Positions 20,654 to 37,057 of a stretch of 37,382 nt of DNA are shown here, in pieces. How positions within the stretch are numbered: position 1 is the first letter of the stretch; each line of letters begins with the position of its first letter. This DNA is from Pelomyxa schiedti (taxonomy: Eukaryota > Protista > Evosea). Location: contig JAHLWZ010000964.1 of NCBI GenBank assembly GCA_020536535.1, forward strand, positions 1 to 37,382, read 5' to 3'. Position numbers and translations under genes: made by a program. The notes below the pieces were generated by a model, which was not told the DNA's origin, did not search any database, and was given only the letters and a program-made list of their open reading frames with translations.

Positions 20654-23600
20654 ATGTCGCAGGGTAACGTTTCGCTGTTTCGCGTCCCATAATGACCACA
20701 CACAACGCGCAGGGGCGGTGAATGAGCTCAAGGGGACACTGAGGGGTTTGCACCAGGCCACGTTGACGCTCCAGGCTGACTTCGACTCCTCATTCTCTGC
20801 CCTGTCGGTACGCCGTTTGATTTTGACCGATTGACTTTTTGGTTTTAAATGTGTCAAAATCAACCCACAATGACGACTGCGTGGGCTAACTTTGCTGGGA
20901 TACCAAGACAGGGGCCATGATGGGGCCACTTACAGAGGAGAGCCTGGTGCTGACGGCACGCAGCATGGTTGGCATCGTAACATCACTAATTCAGCAGTCG
21001 GCTCTGCTACCTCCAAGGTTCGTTGATTTCGCGGTTACAGATTTACATATTGGCCTTCCTTCGTTGATTTGATTCGCAGTATGGTCCAAGATGTCATGAA
21101 TAGTTGTACACAAACAAAGGAAGCTGTAATTCAGATGTTGACTGTCGCAAAAGTAAGTACTTGCAAGTTCACCCTTTTGGATTATGGGCCCCTCACACTC
21201 TGAAATTTAAAAAATTATTTTTTTAATCAACTAAAAAAAAAACCAAAGGTTGCTATCAAGACCAAATTTAGTCAACAATCGAGTGAAAATCTAGCTGCAA
21301 GCATTAATACAGTTCTGGATTGTGTCAAGAAAGTTACATCCCTCTTGGAATCCTCAGGACCACCTTCCAGCCCAGCACCTGTGCCAGGTTGTTTATCACC
21401 ACCTCCATCTACTTCTGCACCAATCCCACCTCCATCACACCCCCCGACAACCCCACCACAGTCACATGCCCCATCTACACCTCCACAATCACATGCACCC
21501 ACAGGGCCACCAACCGGCCCCGCTCCAAATGCTCCACACTATGCAAACGGCTTGGGTAAACCAGAATCTGAGGTACGCTTTCTTTCTTTCTATTTTTTTC
21601 ACTCACTTTTAAGACAGTTTGAAACTAAAATTGTTCAAATCTCTCGTAGCTTGTTGACAGGCAGTAATTCTTTGCAAATGTCAGCACAAGGCACAAATAC
21701 AGACATCTTTAACCAAGCATTATCTTCATTCACCTCAGCGTCATGTGATTTACAGAATCTTGCAACTTCCAGCACACTCACGGAGTCCCATGCTGACAGG
21801 TAAAGTCCTTTTTAAATACACTTAATGGTCAACTACAAGACCTCACTAATATTTATAGAATACGAGAAGCTTCTGGAAATGTTATTAATGCAGCCAAAAA
21901 TCTGTTTGGAGTCTGTTTCCAATTTTGGTTTTGGTCTTTTTTATGTATTGTAGAACAAGTCTGATGCTGTATTATCCGATCAACTTAAGCAAAGCACTGT
22001 GCGACTATCAGAACACATTCGCGCCATTGTACTTGCTTCCAAGTCCGTAAATCCCCAACAATCGCCCCTCAGAATCAGCTCTCTTCTAGCTATACCCAGT
22101 TCTACCGCCGCATCTCCTCCAACCCCTCCTAACATTCCTGCTCCTTCACTTCCCCCCTCTACTCCAGTTGAACAACCGCAACCGCAATCACACTCACAGC
22201 CACAGACACAAACCCAACCACCACAACAACCACCACCACAAAGAGGCCAATCTCAAAGGATTGTTCTCTCGGGATCGCGAAGCAGACTCTCAGAGCAAAC
22301 TCAACCAGTGGATATCACACCTCCACTACCACAAATGCCATCTACCGCTGCACCTCAGCCACCAGGTCTCAATGCACAGCAATCTCATTCAATTGTAGTT
22401 CTAGATATTCCTCCCCCATTGGAAGAAAAGGTTAGCGCCGAATTTTGTACTATACCCATGCCTCCTGTAGGTCTTAGAAAATCCATCAAAAGAAGATATT
22501 GAAAGGCAAATGATGGAGGTTATTTTTGGATTTCTTATTCTCCCGCTAAATGCCAAAAAGATGACGCAACTGCGGGACAAACTGCAAGTTGAACAAGAAA
22601 AACTCAACCAAGACAGAATACAATTTTTGGAACAGCACATTGATGCTGAAACAAGTGTGCGCACTCATCTCATCCTTCTTTTCCCTTCACTCTAATTTCC
22701 GTAGACAAAGGCATCCCTCATCCAGGAACGGATGCAATTAGAAGTAATGCGGACTTCCCTCATTCAACAAAAGTATGAAACTGCACTTAAATCCTCACAT
22801 ATTCATGCAAACAATCAGGCAGCAACAAGATAAACTCCAACAGGAGCTGGAAGCAATCAAATCCCGAGTGTCATCCCCAGCTTCAGAAGTAAGCATTTCA
22901 TACCTGAAATTCACCTTAATTCACTCGATTCCTTCAGATAAACGATATTTCTGCAAAGGTTTTCCTTCCTTTCCAAAATATTCTTTAATACTTTCAGGTA
23001 CTTGCTTTATTCGATGGCAATGTTGGTGCTCTGAGAGATTTGGTTGGTCCCACAGGAACCCCTAAAGTGGATGCTCTCAAACAATTGGCAGCACTTCTAA
23101 ATTCCGATTCTCGGAATGTAAAATCTCCTTTATACAAGGTATTAGTAATAAGGGAAACAGGATCCCGCTGCCACAGATTTAGGAAATGTGCAACTACCAA
23201 CTCACAGTGCTGGAACAAGTCTGACAGAGTTACAATCTGCTAAGTATCGTGACATCTAATTTGAAACGAGACCTTTGACTCGATACAGGGAGCTGAATGA
23301 CCTACTTTCCCTTCAGAGTAGCACCACCAGCAGTGCAATTTTTAGCAAGTTCCAGCAAGTCAGTATAAGGTGGAAATTCCACCAACTCCTTCAGCATAAC
23401 ATTTGCATAGAAATAAGTTAGGAAAACGGTTCACTGGAGTACGAAAACCTGCCAGGACAGGTATGACACTTTTTCTCTCCTCTCAAGTGAACTTCTGTAG
23501 TTGCCGTATCTGAACAAGAGAGACAACGTGTGGCAGAACGTGAAAGCGTAGTGGACTCGTTAATTAACGCCACTGGTAGGCCAGTTATGACTGTTGTTTC

Positions 23601-26070
23601 TTTGACATTGATTTCAGCTTCATTCGGGGATAGCATCCTTGTAATGCTTCTTCAAGCTGCGGCCTGTATGGTCGCACCACTTGCTGAAGGACTGGTCCCT
23701 GGTTTTAAATCTCAGGTTTCTTAGAGCCGAAATTGAGTCTTCTTACACCAAACAGATACAAGTGTGCCGAAAGAAGATGGCAGAACTACTTGAACTTTGT
23801 AAAGAGAAAACCTCCAGAGATGTAATGATCGATTCTGACAACCGTGATTATGTCACACTTTTGACTGTGTGTATCACATCCACAACCATTTTCTAAAAAA
23901 GATCAAGAATCAACTGAGAGAAACAATTGAACTTGTTACCAGCACCGACCTAGATGGCAAGGCTGACGCAATGCTTGTATCAATATCGAGTACGGATGTA
24001 TCAAAACGCATTGTTGAAGCTATGCTGGAGAGGGAGTGCGCAACTGTGTCCAAAGGGATCAGGTAGGAGCTTGTTAACGTTGAAAACCTTTGTTGACACT
24101 TCCTGAAGAGCATACCTTTGCCAGTTGTTGTCCGTTATTGGCGCCTTTGTGCATGTGGATATGACACCCGTTTTTATATTGGAACTCCTCACCACATCAC
24201 GTTCTATGCTGAGAAAACTGGAAAGCATAATTAACTGCATTGTTACAACCAAGCAAGTAAAGATGATAATAGAGCACCCAGCTACATGTTGCATTCCCCC
24301 TTCGGCACTTGTTCTCACTCTATAAAAGCAACACCAACGGGCAGCAATCCTTCCGATTTGGCTTTCTGGGATGAACTACTTCTCAATCCAAAACCTTCAT
24401 TGCAGCTCACCAGTGATAACAAAATACGATGTGCCACTCTGAACAGGTTGGTGGAAAAGGTAACCTCATCCGCAGGTATTTCTCACAAAAAATGGGTTTT
24501 CCCTCATGTGTTTCAGATCACGTATTGATGCAAACTTTTATCATAACAATGTGTTCTTTTGCAACACCACTCAAAGTGTTCGAAAAAGTGGTCCAGAGGC
24601 ACACCCTCTTTTTTCCTAAAATTATGTAACTACCGCTTAGGTACGACGTTCCTGACAAGTTACCTGATTCGACAAAGATACAAGTTCATATGAGGGTAAT
24701 TGTATTTTTAAAGAGATGGATTGAAACAGCTTACGACGAGTTTGATGACACTCTTATTGCAAAGTGGCCTCGTATCAATCCCTTGCCAAATTGGCTCATG
24801 AATTCTTAGAATAGACCACTTTGCAAGCAGTAAATTTGATGTGAAAACAAGAGATATCCTTAGAACCGAGATGGCCAGGCAAGCAAAACTCAGGGAGACA
24901 ATGAGGCAGTCTTTGCTTGTTCCCCAAATTGATATTTTGGTGCCCAAACAGCCCTCTTATCCATAAAAAAATCTCTGACTCCCTCTTCCCAACCAGGTAC
25001 CACAGGAAAGGATTTCCCCTCTGACATACTTCATGGAGGCCGATAATAAAGCAATTGCACAACAGCTCACTCTCATTGAATCCGAAGTATTCCAAGCAAT
25101 TGAGGTTTTATCTTTCCATATTTCTGCAGGACTAACATGCATTTCTAGCCACGTGAGTTGATGGACCAAGCGTGGCTGCAACCAAAACTACATTACCGTG
25201 CACCCCACGTCCGGCAAATGCTAAACCGCGCAAATGAGATCTCCTTTTGGGTGTCACAGCTCATTTTGTATTCGCCCAAATTTGAGGACCGTGCCGCCGT
25301 GGTAACCAAGATTATTGAAATAGCACTGGTAAAATCGATCACACACATTTGGTTTCACTATTGCTCATTATTCTGCATATTTAGTGCACCCGGGAGCTTC
25401 AGAACTACAACACGCTTATGGGGCTTCTTGCCGGGCTGAATGTATCCCCAATATCCCGGCTTAAGAACACGTTTGTGTTCTTAACAGACAAACACAAAGC
25501 GGACCTGCAAAACATGATGGATTTGATGTCACCATCAAGTGCATTCAAGAACTACAGAGCGGCAATCGACGCCAAATCACCCTCGGATCCAGGAATCCCT
25601 TACATGTATGCTTGTGTCTTAGCACTCAAAATCTAATTCTCTCCGCCTTCCTCAGTGGTGTCTATCTCGGCGACTTAGTGTATATTGATGAAGGCAACCC
25701 CAACAACATCGACGAGATGATCAACTTTGAGAAACGCGGTAAACCGCCGCCAATCACCCGTCCCCTAATACCCACAATTCACTCACACACAACAGGTCTG
25801 GTCCAGAAAGCCATGGAGAGGATCGAGCACTGGCAGAGCGAGCACTACAAATTCCCCGCGGTCGAGCCCCTTTACACTTTCCTTCTGGAGCTGCCGTCGC
25901 TCCCCGAGAAGGTGCAGTACGACCTCAGCCTGCTGCGGGAGCCCAGGGGCATGCCCCCCGTCACGCCCCCAGGGTCCCTCGGCGCCGTCAGCGGGTCCGG
26001 CGGCAGCGGAAGCCACGGCCAGCTCCAGCCAACAAAGTCAATGTTCCTAAAGCGAAAGGAAAACTCTTGA
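20654..26070 (+). CDS. Large RasGEF (REM + CDC25) with N-terminal helical bundles, Pro/Gln-rich linkers and a coiled coil
   Basis: IRCATLNRLVEKVT, TFIITMCSFATP, RVIVFLKRW, IAQQLTLIE, NYNTLMGLLAGL, FKNYR, IPYIGVYLGDLVYIDEGNPN, INFEK; more than 20 short introns. Confidence 0.92.
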
Positions 26071-26158
26071 GTTGTTTGATTGAACCGAACCTACTACTAA
26101 CAGTCCTAAAAGGAGGGAACACAAAATTGGAGCTCCGCATAGGGGGGGCATTGTATTT

Positions 26159-28501
<2,343 letters not shown>

Positions 28502-28771
28502 CTCGTCTGCTCGTAAGATCTTTTTTTCACGATTAATTTGCCCTTCTCTGCTTTTCGCCTTTTGATGAAGAATGCAATTGAACGCCTCTGTCCAGGTTGA
28601 GTTGTCAAACAAGAACACGATTCCTCGTCGGCACTCCCACATGGTCCTTTACTTCCCAGTTGTCTTTTTTTTCGACTGGGTGTTGTTTGGCACACTAAAT
28701 GCCCTGCTGATCGCTGTGAATCAAATTTTAATCTTTAACAACAATTATTTAAAACAAATCTGCGGTAACGT

Positions 28772-30806
28772 ATGAGCGGACATGGTGTTGAGATGTTGAC
28801 GTCCTTTCGGGAGTGTGTCGTGTTTCTGGAGCAGGCCATCAAGTCGTGCGTGTCGCGGGATGGGAATTCGCGTTGGACACACAGATATGAGGAGATCACA
28901 AAGGTCAACCATTTGCTTGACAACTGCGTGACTGACGGCCGACACCCACATTGACTTCTCTTTTCTCAACAGAGAAATGGTGGATCTCAACCGCACCCGA
29001 TGATATTGCTTGGTGACTACTTGGAGGCTCTGTCTGTGTCCCAGCAACATCTGTCCGACCTCCATGTGTGCACCTTATACTGTTCTTCAGGGCAACGGAA
29101 GTAACTGCGCGATACTTAGGTGATTCATGTAACAGGGACAAAGGGAAAGGGCTCTACTTGTGCTTTTGTCGAGTCTATTCTGCGCGCACACGGCTATAAA
29201 ACTGGGTTGTTCACCAGTCCTCATTTACTCTCTTTTACGGAGAGGTTTCGTATTGGAGGAACGCCTGTTTCAGAGGCAGGTTTAAAGTTAGTCTGCTTTT
29301 CTAATTATCATCAGGATGTCTTTGCAGCATACCTCCATCGTACAGTGCAGCTCTATGAGGCCGCAGGCCTCCCTCAGCCACCAACCTTCGCTCTTTTGTC
29401 CCTGATGTGTTGGTATATGTTTGTATCAGAAAAGGTGCACCTACTATATCTATATGTAACGCTCATGTTTAAAGGTCGATGTTGCAGTTATTGAAGTGGG
29501 CATAGGTGGAGACTTTGATTTCACCAATGTAGTAAATCTCCCTGCAGTTTGCGCGGTAATTTTTTATATATAATTAACCTTGCCCTAATGGTTGCCAGTT
29601 CTCCAGCATAGGCCATGACCACATGGACCTTCTTGGAGATACATTGCAGGTTAATCCACTAGAAAGGGGATATCTCCTAATCTTCTAGTCTATAGCATTT
29701 CATAAAGCAGGGATTATGCGCCCTCGTATCCCCGCATTTTCGACAGAGCAATTGCCTGAGGCAATGACTGCCTTGCAACATTACGCAGACACATTACCTG
29801 TAAAATTTTGATCTATCCTTCATCTTTTTGTATCTGAGTTATACTTTATTGAAAGCCAGACTCAACTTTCTGTGGTAAGAAAACTAGATATCGACACCAT
29901 TTCCACTTCCATGGGCCAGTCTTTTGTTCTTGGTATTCCCCACTATTCAACTTATGTCATTGAATCTTTTCAAAGGTTTGAGAGGTGACTTCCAGCTCCT
30001 CAACTCGGCCCTTGCAGTGGCAGTGTCCCGTGAGTGGTTACACCAACGTGGATGTACTGACTCAGCATGGTCACCTCAGATTACCAGGGCCTTAGCCACT
30101 TGTAAGTGGCCAGGTCGAGCTCAGCTCGTAAAGGTAATCACCTCTACAATGGCACTGACTCTGATTTCTGAAGTTTCCCCTCCAAAGTACATACTTTTAC
30201 ATTGATGGTGCCCATACTGAGGAAAGTGTACAAGTGTGCAAAACATGGTTTCTGGATGCCTTCAGGAACCAAGTGTAGTATCTTCCTCTTTGGAAATCTA
30301 AGAAAACTAATATGATCTACAGATCCCCTGTGATGCCGCACAATCTCGTACTTCTTTTTGCATGCAAGAGGACGAAAACCTTTGGCACCATGCTTCCGCA
30401 ACTTCTTGATATCCCCTTTTCTCACGTGATGTTCCCGGCACTCCTGCCAAAGGTTCCGGCAGAACCATCTGCTACCTCGCGTGGTAAATCTCCGTCTTAT
30501 TCAACGACCGTGTCTAACAAAAAGAAGACGCGGCGTTGTGCCAGCAAGATGTTTTCTCTGTGTGGCAGTCTCTGAGCAGGCAGATGGACATTGTACAGCC
30601 TTTGCCCCAATTACCCTGTGTGAGAGACGCTCTGGCTCAGGTTGCTCACCCCATCCCTGGTTTTCTTCTGATATCCACAGATATTTTCCCTTGCGAGTCC
30701 GACCAGAGAAACCCACGTTCTTGTTACCGGCTCACTATACTTGGTCTCGGCGGTATTTGAGACAATCGGCACTATCTACTCAGAGCCCACGGAACCCCTC
30801 ATGTAA
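28772..30806 (+). CDS. FPGS: Folylpolyglutamate synthase
   Basis: IHVTGTKGKGSTC, GLFTSPHL..ERFRI, EVGIGG, IGHDHMDLLG, KAGI, WPGR, IDGAHT, VLVTGSLYLV. Confidence 0.95.
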
Positions 30807-30888
30807 CTCACAACTAAATAACATCTATCTTCATGAAGCGATTGGGGATACTACATTTCTTTACAACACAATGGTTTATGGGACTACT

Positions 30889-33800
30889 TTATGTTCTCTT
30901 TGGTGCCGCAGGTGTAGGCTTTGTCACTACTGATCTTCGTATTGAAGCCAACTGCTGCTGGAGCTGCTCAGAGTCTGTATCAGTGTCTGCCATAAAAGAA
31001 TCACCAACAGGGTGCATTTCGCATCTCTGTTGCCGTGCATAGTACTCATTAAAGTCCAGCCTATATGAATGGTCAGGATTTATTTGGCCCTGTGCTGTTG
31101 TATTTGCGTTTATTTGAATACAATAATTCTACGCAATAATATAATACATACCTGAATAGAAGGAATTGGATGTTAGGGTCAGTGGAATGCTGCTTTAGGC
31201 AAGTCATTAACTTGGAAAGTAGTTGCTTATACTGTGCTGAACATTGAAATACAGCCTTGGGATCCTGCACATAATATGTGAGTTTAATACCAACGGGAAT
31301 GTGTATGAGTGTTACTTGTATTATTAACTCTGTTGCTTCTGTATCCATGCCCTCTTGATGAAGTTGCTACAAAAAATAAGTGAGGGTTAGGGCAGGTTAT
31401 GACAAGAAGGGGGTAATAATACCTGTGACCTGGCACTTGCATAGAGGGATTCTTGGCTTAGGCAAAGTGTGGTTATTTCTTGGAATAGTCTCTGAAGGTG
31501 CCACTGCGGTTGTTCATAATTCATTAGGGACTTTTCGACTATACCTATTTGTATTGTGTGTGGGGGAATTGATTGGTGGAAAACCGGGTACTTACTTTGC
31601 AAGTAGGCTTTGTGGGCATCAATCACTTCATCAAAGTTGGTGGCTTTTTTCATGTCCGAAACCAGGGTGGCCCAGGAACACTCCAGCACTTCAAACATGA
31701 TATAATACTGGAGGTTGTATATAAAGTGCATCATTTCATTCAAAAGCAACCGCACGCCGTGCAGCTGTTGCATAAGTTCCTGATTGATGTGGGAAACTTA
31801 TCAACATAGATAGAAACAAACCTTGGAGTTTCTGAGAAGATGAGCACAGCTTGTATGAGTGTGCCATGCTCCGGAGAGAGAATGTTCGACGCACTTGATC
31901 TTCCAAAGTAACTTGAATAACTTCAGATATGTTTGCATGACTGCGATGCATTATAAGGGCAAAAATAACGATTATAAACCTTCTGTTGTGAATATAGTGT
32001 TAATCGGGGAGTCCACATGATAATCCAAGCTGAATGCATCCCATCCAGTCTGTTGTAATGCATTTGCTGTTGTGCTTGTGGGCGGGGGGAGAGAGATATC
32101 TAACCTTAGAAATTGTTATTTGCCATTGGCAAACAGCGAGATAGGATACCTTGCCAGTATGTCCGGGTCATCAAACTGTGCATTCGACCCCCTTATTGCA
32201 AGCTCCAATGACGATGCGAGGTTGTGTTTGAAGATGCCGCAAAGAGGTTGTGAGAGGTCTTTGCTGTGGAAGGGTGAAAAAAAAGGATTGTAAAAACTTA
32301 GCATACCCAACTAAATCCGTCAGATATTGTATGAAATCTCCCTTTTTCAGAATTAGGCAAATCGGGAAGAGAGCTTTACCTGTCCCAGCAGCAAATATCT
32401 CTTCAAGGCAGAACAATGATTGGTAAGTTTATATTTTCCGAACATTGTGCTAAGGAGTCTTTGGCTAATCTTATCACTAATGCGATCAATGGTGGCAGGA
32501 AGTGTTTCCAGGTGCTCAAAGTCAAGAGCTGTTGTAAACGGTGTGAAAAGATGTATGGAGTACTCAGCAGAAAAAATACTTCTTTGTGCAGAAGTTAAAG
32601 TGAGCTCGTTGACGACATTCACATCATGGCAGCAGTATCTCAGAAAGTTAATGGATTTTCCCACAAGGAGAATCTAACAACATTGGTGCCTTCTCATAAG
32701 ACAACTTCATACCTTGCTTGCAGTTTCAACAGAAATAAATGAAGGAAGCATGTCTTCAGATAAGTGATACTTGTTGTGCCATATAGATTCTTCATCCTTT
32801 GCATTTGGATCGGCCACGATGAAGAATTCATCAGAGTTTGAATTCGCCTTTTCTGAATCTAGGAGCCTCCCTTCAAACACCCACAGCCTTATCATCATGA
32901 ATAGAGGTTTTGCAACCTGGCCATCATTAAGCACGGTGAAAATATCAGAGATTGAGTTACTTGGGATAGCATTTGATTGACTAATCGAGAAATCAATACA
33001 TCACCATGCTTGGAGAAGGAGTACACAGCTGAAGCAAGTGCACCGCCTTTTAGTCCTTCAGTAGGTTAGTGCGGAGGAAAGAAATCTCATCCTAACCTTT
33101 TACAGCATCTACCATGCAGGCCAACCACAATAGGCGGTGTTGTGGCTGATGGCACCATACATTTACACGTAGCAATGTAACTGCTTCTTCCTGATTTCTG
33201 ATTGGTGTTGTGAGTGCATTTACGACTTCGGGAAAAAAGGTTCCGACCTCTGTGAATCTAGTACAGCCAGGAATCTGTAATATTCCTTTATTTCACTCTG
33301 CAGAGCACCTGAAAATGCCTGAGCTCCGTTAGCGTTGCCCATTGTGAGAGAATGTAACCGAACCTGTGCCACAAGGCCGGTGTCGGACTGCTCAGCATCG
33401 GCATATGCCTTGATTTTGGTGAAAAGCCAGCCAGATTCCAACAAGAAATTTGCCAAATGTATTTGAGGCGGCGATAATCCAGGCTGCAACAGAATTAAAA
33501 AGGAACGGAGAGTAAAGAAAATACTGAGGGTTTGAGAAGCATATTCAGTGTTTTGGGGTCACATGTGATAGTGGAACCACAAACTCCTTGCATGGAGAGT
33601 AAAACATCACGTACCACTTGTGGTTCAGTGACCAGCTGCTCAGCCGACCTGGAAGATACTGTATTTTTTAGCATTAAGATTAGGAATACGAGAAGGGTGG
33701 TACCTACAGTCAACAGGGGAAGATGCAATGCGGACACTTACAGCAGGTACTGGAGGCATTGTGTAAGGAGCTGAGTATTTAGTAAGGAGGTTATTAATTA

Positions 33801-34542
33801 TTATAGTTTAATACTTGATGTTGAACGTTGCACGGAATTATCTGTTTGTGGAAGTGGATTCTGTGTTGCTTTTGGTGCTGTTCTGGCAATTTTCAACCTC
33901 TGTACTTCATTAAAGGTAGCCCCGATGAGAGCGAAAGCAGAGGTTCAGAAGTACCGGTGTCACAGAATTCTTATTGTTAGCAATGTACCGCAGCATCAAT
34001 AGAACAGAATGTGTGTGCGGAGGAAGAGACTCGTTGTCAGCAAGCTTGTTACTAACTCGCGTGATATCAGTTGCCAGCTTTTCCTGCCCAGACCACATCA
34101 CTTGTGTGTTTTCGTGTGGCAAGTTAGATTGAAGCAGTACAATAGCCAAACCTTACATACATTCTTTGCATATGAGCGCAGTAGCGTGCCGCACGAGACC
34201 AGCAGGGCTATTACTGCTACTATTATTACCCCCGGTGAGAGTGCGTTTCTGGCCAAACGATGACTGTGGCTGAGCACAAGGAGGTCCAATAAGCAACAGA
34301 GCCTGTCCTACAAGCCTCATCACTACCTCATTCCCAAGTGTCCCTCCCCTACATATCAATCATATAAGAAAGGGGGAAAAAAAAAAAAAAGTACACATAG
34401 GAGAAAACCAAAACAAACGAACGACCACTGAGGGAGGGCAAAATGTAACGTGAGTTTGGTGTTGTTACTTTTGACTGAGGGACAATCTAATCAATGTCTC
34501 GACCAATTGTGCCCCATTAACTCCTGATGTCGTTGATGTCAT
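30889..34542 (-). CDS. TUBGCP3: Gamma-tubulin complex component 3 (Spc98/GCP3)
   Basis: [97 protein letters not shown]. Confidence 0.93.
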
Positions 34543-34738
34543 TACACCCCAGTCCCCTTTGTTGTTGTTTTGGGCTCAGGCCCTTTGTTCCCCTAGTTCG
34601 CTTGGTTTTTTTTTTCCTAGAAAAATTATGAAGCAACGAATTACATGTGATGATGGGATGGATGGCTGAGGGCATTCACTGCAACCAACAGCAACCAATT
34701 CAATTGGGTGTGAATTTATTTGTGTTTGCATTGTGGGG

Positions 34739-36867
34739 TTAGTGTTGTTGTTCTTGCATGGGGGAGTTGAGTGATTTGGGCATCCTTATTGTGAGTAGCA
34801 GGGCAAGGGTTGGTATTGTTGCAACCACCAGGAATGAGAACCGGTAGTCCAGTGGGAATGGTAGTCCATTACCGAGTGTCCAGGCTGAATTCGCAATACA
34901 CATGTTACCGGATGTTAGTGGAAGGAATCAAGGGATTGTTTTACCATACCAAAGAGTACAGAGGAACCTACTGGGCCTATGCAACGGGATACAGAGACCA
35001 GCGTTTGTCCAATTCCGTTCAGTTTTCCGGATTTATCTTGGGGTATTATTAGATTGCTTTGTTTACATTCCGGTACCAGCTTAAAAGGCATTAACCTGCT
35101 CCAACACTGTTGGTGATCAGTGTGATAATAGGTGTGAAGGTCAACTGCATTCCGTACTGCTGGAAAATTGACAGAACAACCAGTAGCACCCACGCCAGGA
35201 TTGTCATATCGGCAACTCGGTTAACAGTAGGTTGCAACAACATCCCAGGTATAAGAAGAATACACCCAATACGGAATGTCCAAAGAAGCCTGTAAACTGT
35301 TAGCAACTTTAGAAGAGGACAAAAAGTAAAACCGCAATTTGGAAACAACGGGATTGTAGAATATCAGTTGAACAGGGATTACCTAAGCAAGAGTTAGACA
35401 GGGCAAGCTTGCTTCAGGGTTTGCTCACAATTGCAGCGAAAATGCTGGAAAATATTCCAACTTGGGTGGAGTCAAAACCCAAACCTCCTGCAGAAATATC
35501 CGACATTTGCCAGATCTTAGTATCGTAGTTATAGCAAGAAATTGTTGAAGCAATAGGAGGGCTTACTGGCACAACACTTCGGAAACAGGTAACTGTGAGA
35601 CCTATAACCCCATAAATGAGGCATAGAACGAAAGGTACAATCCAGTCTTTTCGCGTCCATTCCTTTTGTACACGTATCCCTTCACTTGTGGGAGTTGATC
35701 CAGAAAGAAATTCCCTGGACTCAGCTGTCAATTCCTCAGCCGAGCGGATATGGTCAATGATGATACTCTCAGGAACAATTTCAGCTGGGTCTTTCTCTGG
35801 TAAATGGTCTTCACTGTCAGAATTAGCTGGTTCTGGACTTGACAGAGGGACCATTTCAATTTTTGCTGGTTGCTTTGGCATATCTGTCAGATATTTCAGA
35901 GAAAACGATATGGCCCCAAGATATGCAACCACCAAGAAAAAGTTGGGAAGAAAATATGGGTAGTTGGCAAGGAAATGGTCCTCTCCCACAATGTTGGGAT
36001 ATCTTGAAAAACTGAGAAATAGAAAAGAAGAAGTAAAAAGTTACAGTATGGCCGGCCTTACAGTGTATCCTGCCAATAAGCTTCCAAGAATGCCTCCAAA
36101 AGCATTCACAAGGCAGAATCTTGAGTACGCTCGAACTCGGCTATCCTTTCCCGTTATATCCCCAAGATAGGCCTTCATAACTCCCATTTGCCTGTAAAAC
36201 ATGTTTGAAATAAAAGGACTGGGGGTAGTCGTACGGGCAAACAAAGCCATTGAACCCTCGGCAAATTACTATGTAAAGAAAATTGCAAGTAAAGCACATT
36301 ACAATAGCTGTCACAAAACTGCCGCAAGCCCCAATCAGCATTACTGGGCGGCGTCCCCATTTATCAGATAGATAACCAGCAATAAATACACTTAATACCT
36401 GACAGCATAAATAATTGGAGAATATAACATTATAATCCTAAATTGGAAAAGAAAAATGCACTTGAGCCACGTTCGTCACCATTGTGGGGAAGCCTGTGTA
36501 GAAACCAACCTTGTTTGGGTCCTGTGTTACATAATCTTGTACCTTTAAAAAAACAAAAGGTAATGTACATGAGCTCAAGAACATGACGGAAGAAGTCATA
36601 CCAAGAATCCAATATACACCTGAACACTGCTGATAAAGTATCCCTCACAAAATGCAAGCCACAACAAGCACGAAAGTCTTCCCCTGCATTCCAATTAATC
36701 CCTAATACCAAAAAAAAAAAAGTACGAACGCCAAGGCCAACAACAACAACAACGCACATGGGGACATCAGGTGGCATCCACCAATTGAGCAACGCCCTAC
36801 CAAGTCCACCAATTGTGCAACTGCAACGACTACGTGGCCTGTCACCCTCAGTCTCCGAGCCTGGCAT
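34739..36867 (-). CDS. Major facilitator superfamily transporter (ZIF/ZIFL, DHA1-like)
   Basis: GYLSDKWGRRPVML motif A, KAYLGDIT, NYPYFLP, GGLGF, GKLNGIGQTLVSVSRCIGP; many hydrophobic exons. Confidence 0.9.
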
Positions 36868-36932
36868 TGGTCTTATTCCACAGAATTCACCTTCGAAGAA
36901 GGGTTTTTTCCAAGAACAAAGTTTGTGATGAC

Positions 36933-37057
36933 ATAAAAAAAACAGACCGCCGATCCTGAGCGATAACGAAAATGACAGCTTTCCTGTCCGTTGATTATGT
37001 TATTCGGCTGAATAAAAAAAATCAGACCGCCGAGATCTGGTTTGTTTTTTTTTATTC
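36933..37057. repeat. Direct repeat plus ~19-bp hairpin upstream of the MFS gene
   Basis: ataaaaaaaa(t)cagaccgccga occurs at 36933-36953 and 37012-37033. Stem 37010-37028 pairs with 37039-37057 (one mismatch, one G-T). Confidence 0.55.

Noticed and set aside
36930-36962. Reverse-strand resemblance to an 18S rRNA segment (GGATCGGCGG..TGTTTTTTT)
   Set aside because: The match is short, partly poly-T, and does not extend on either side; not an rRNA gene.
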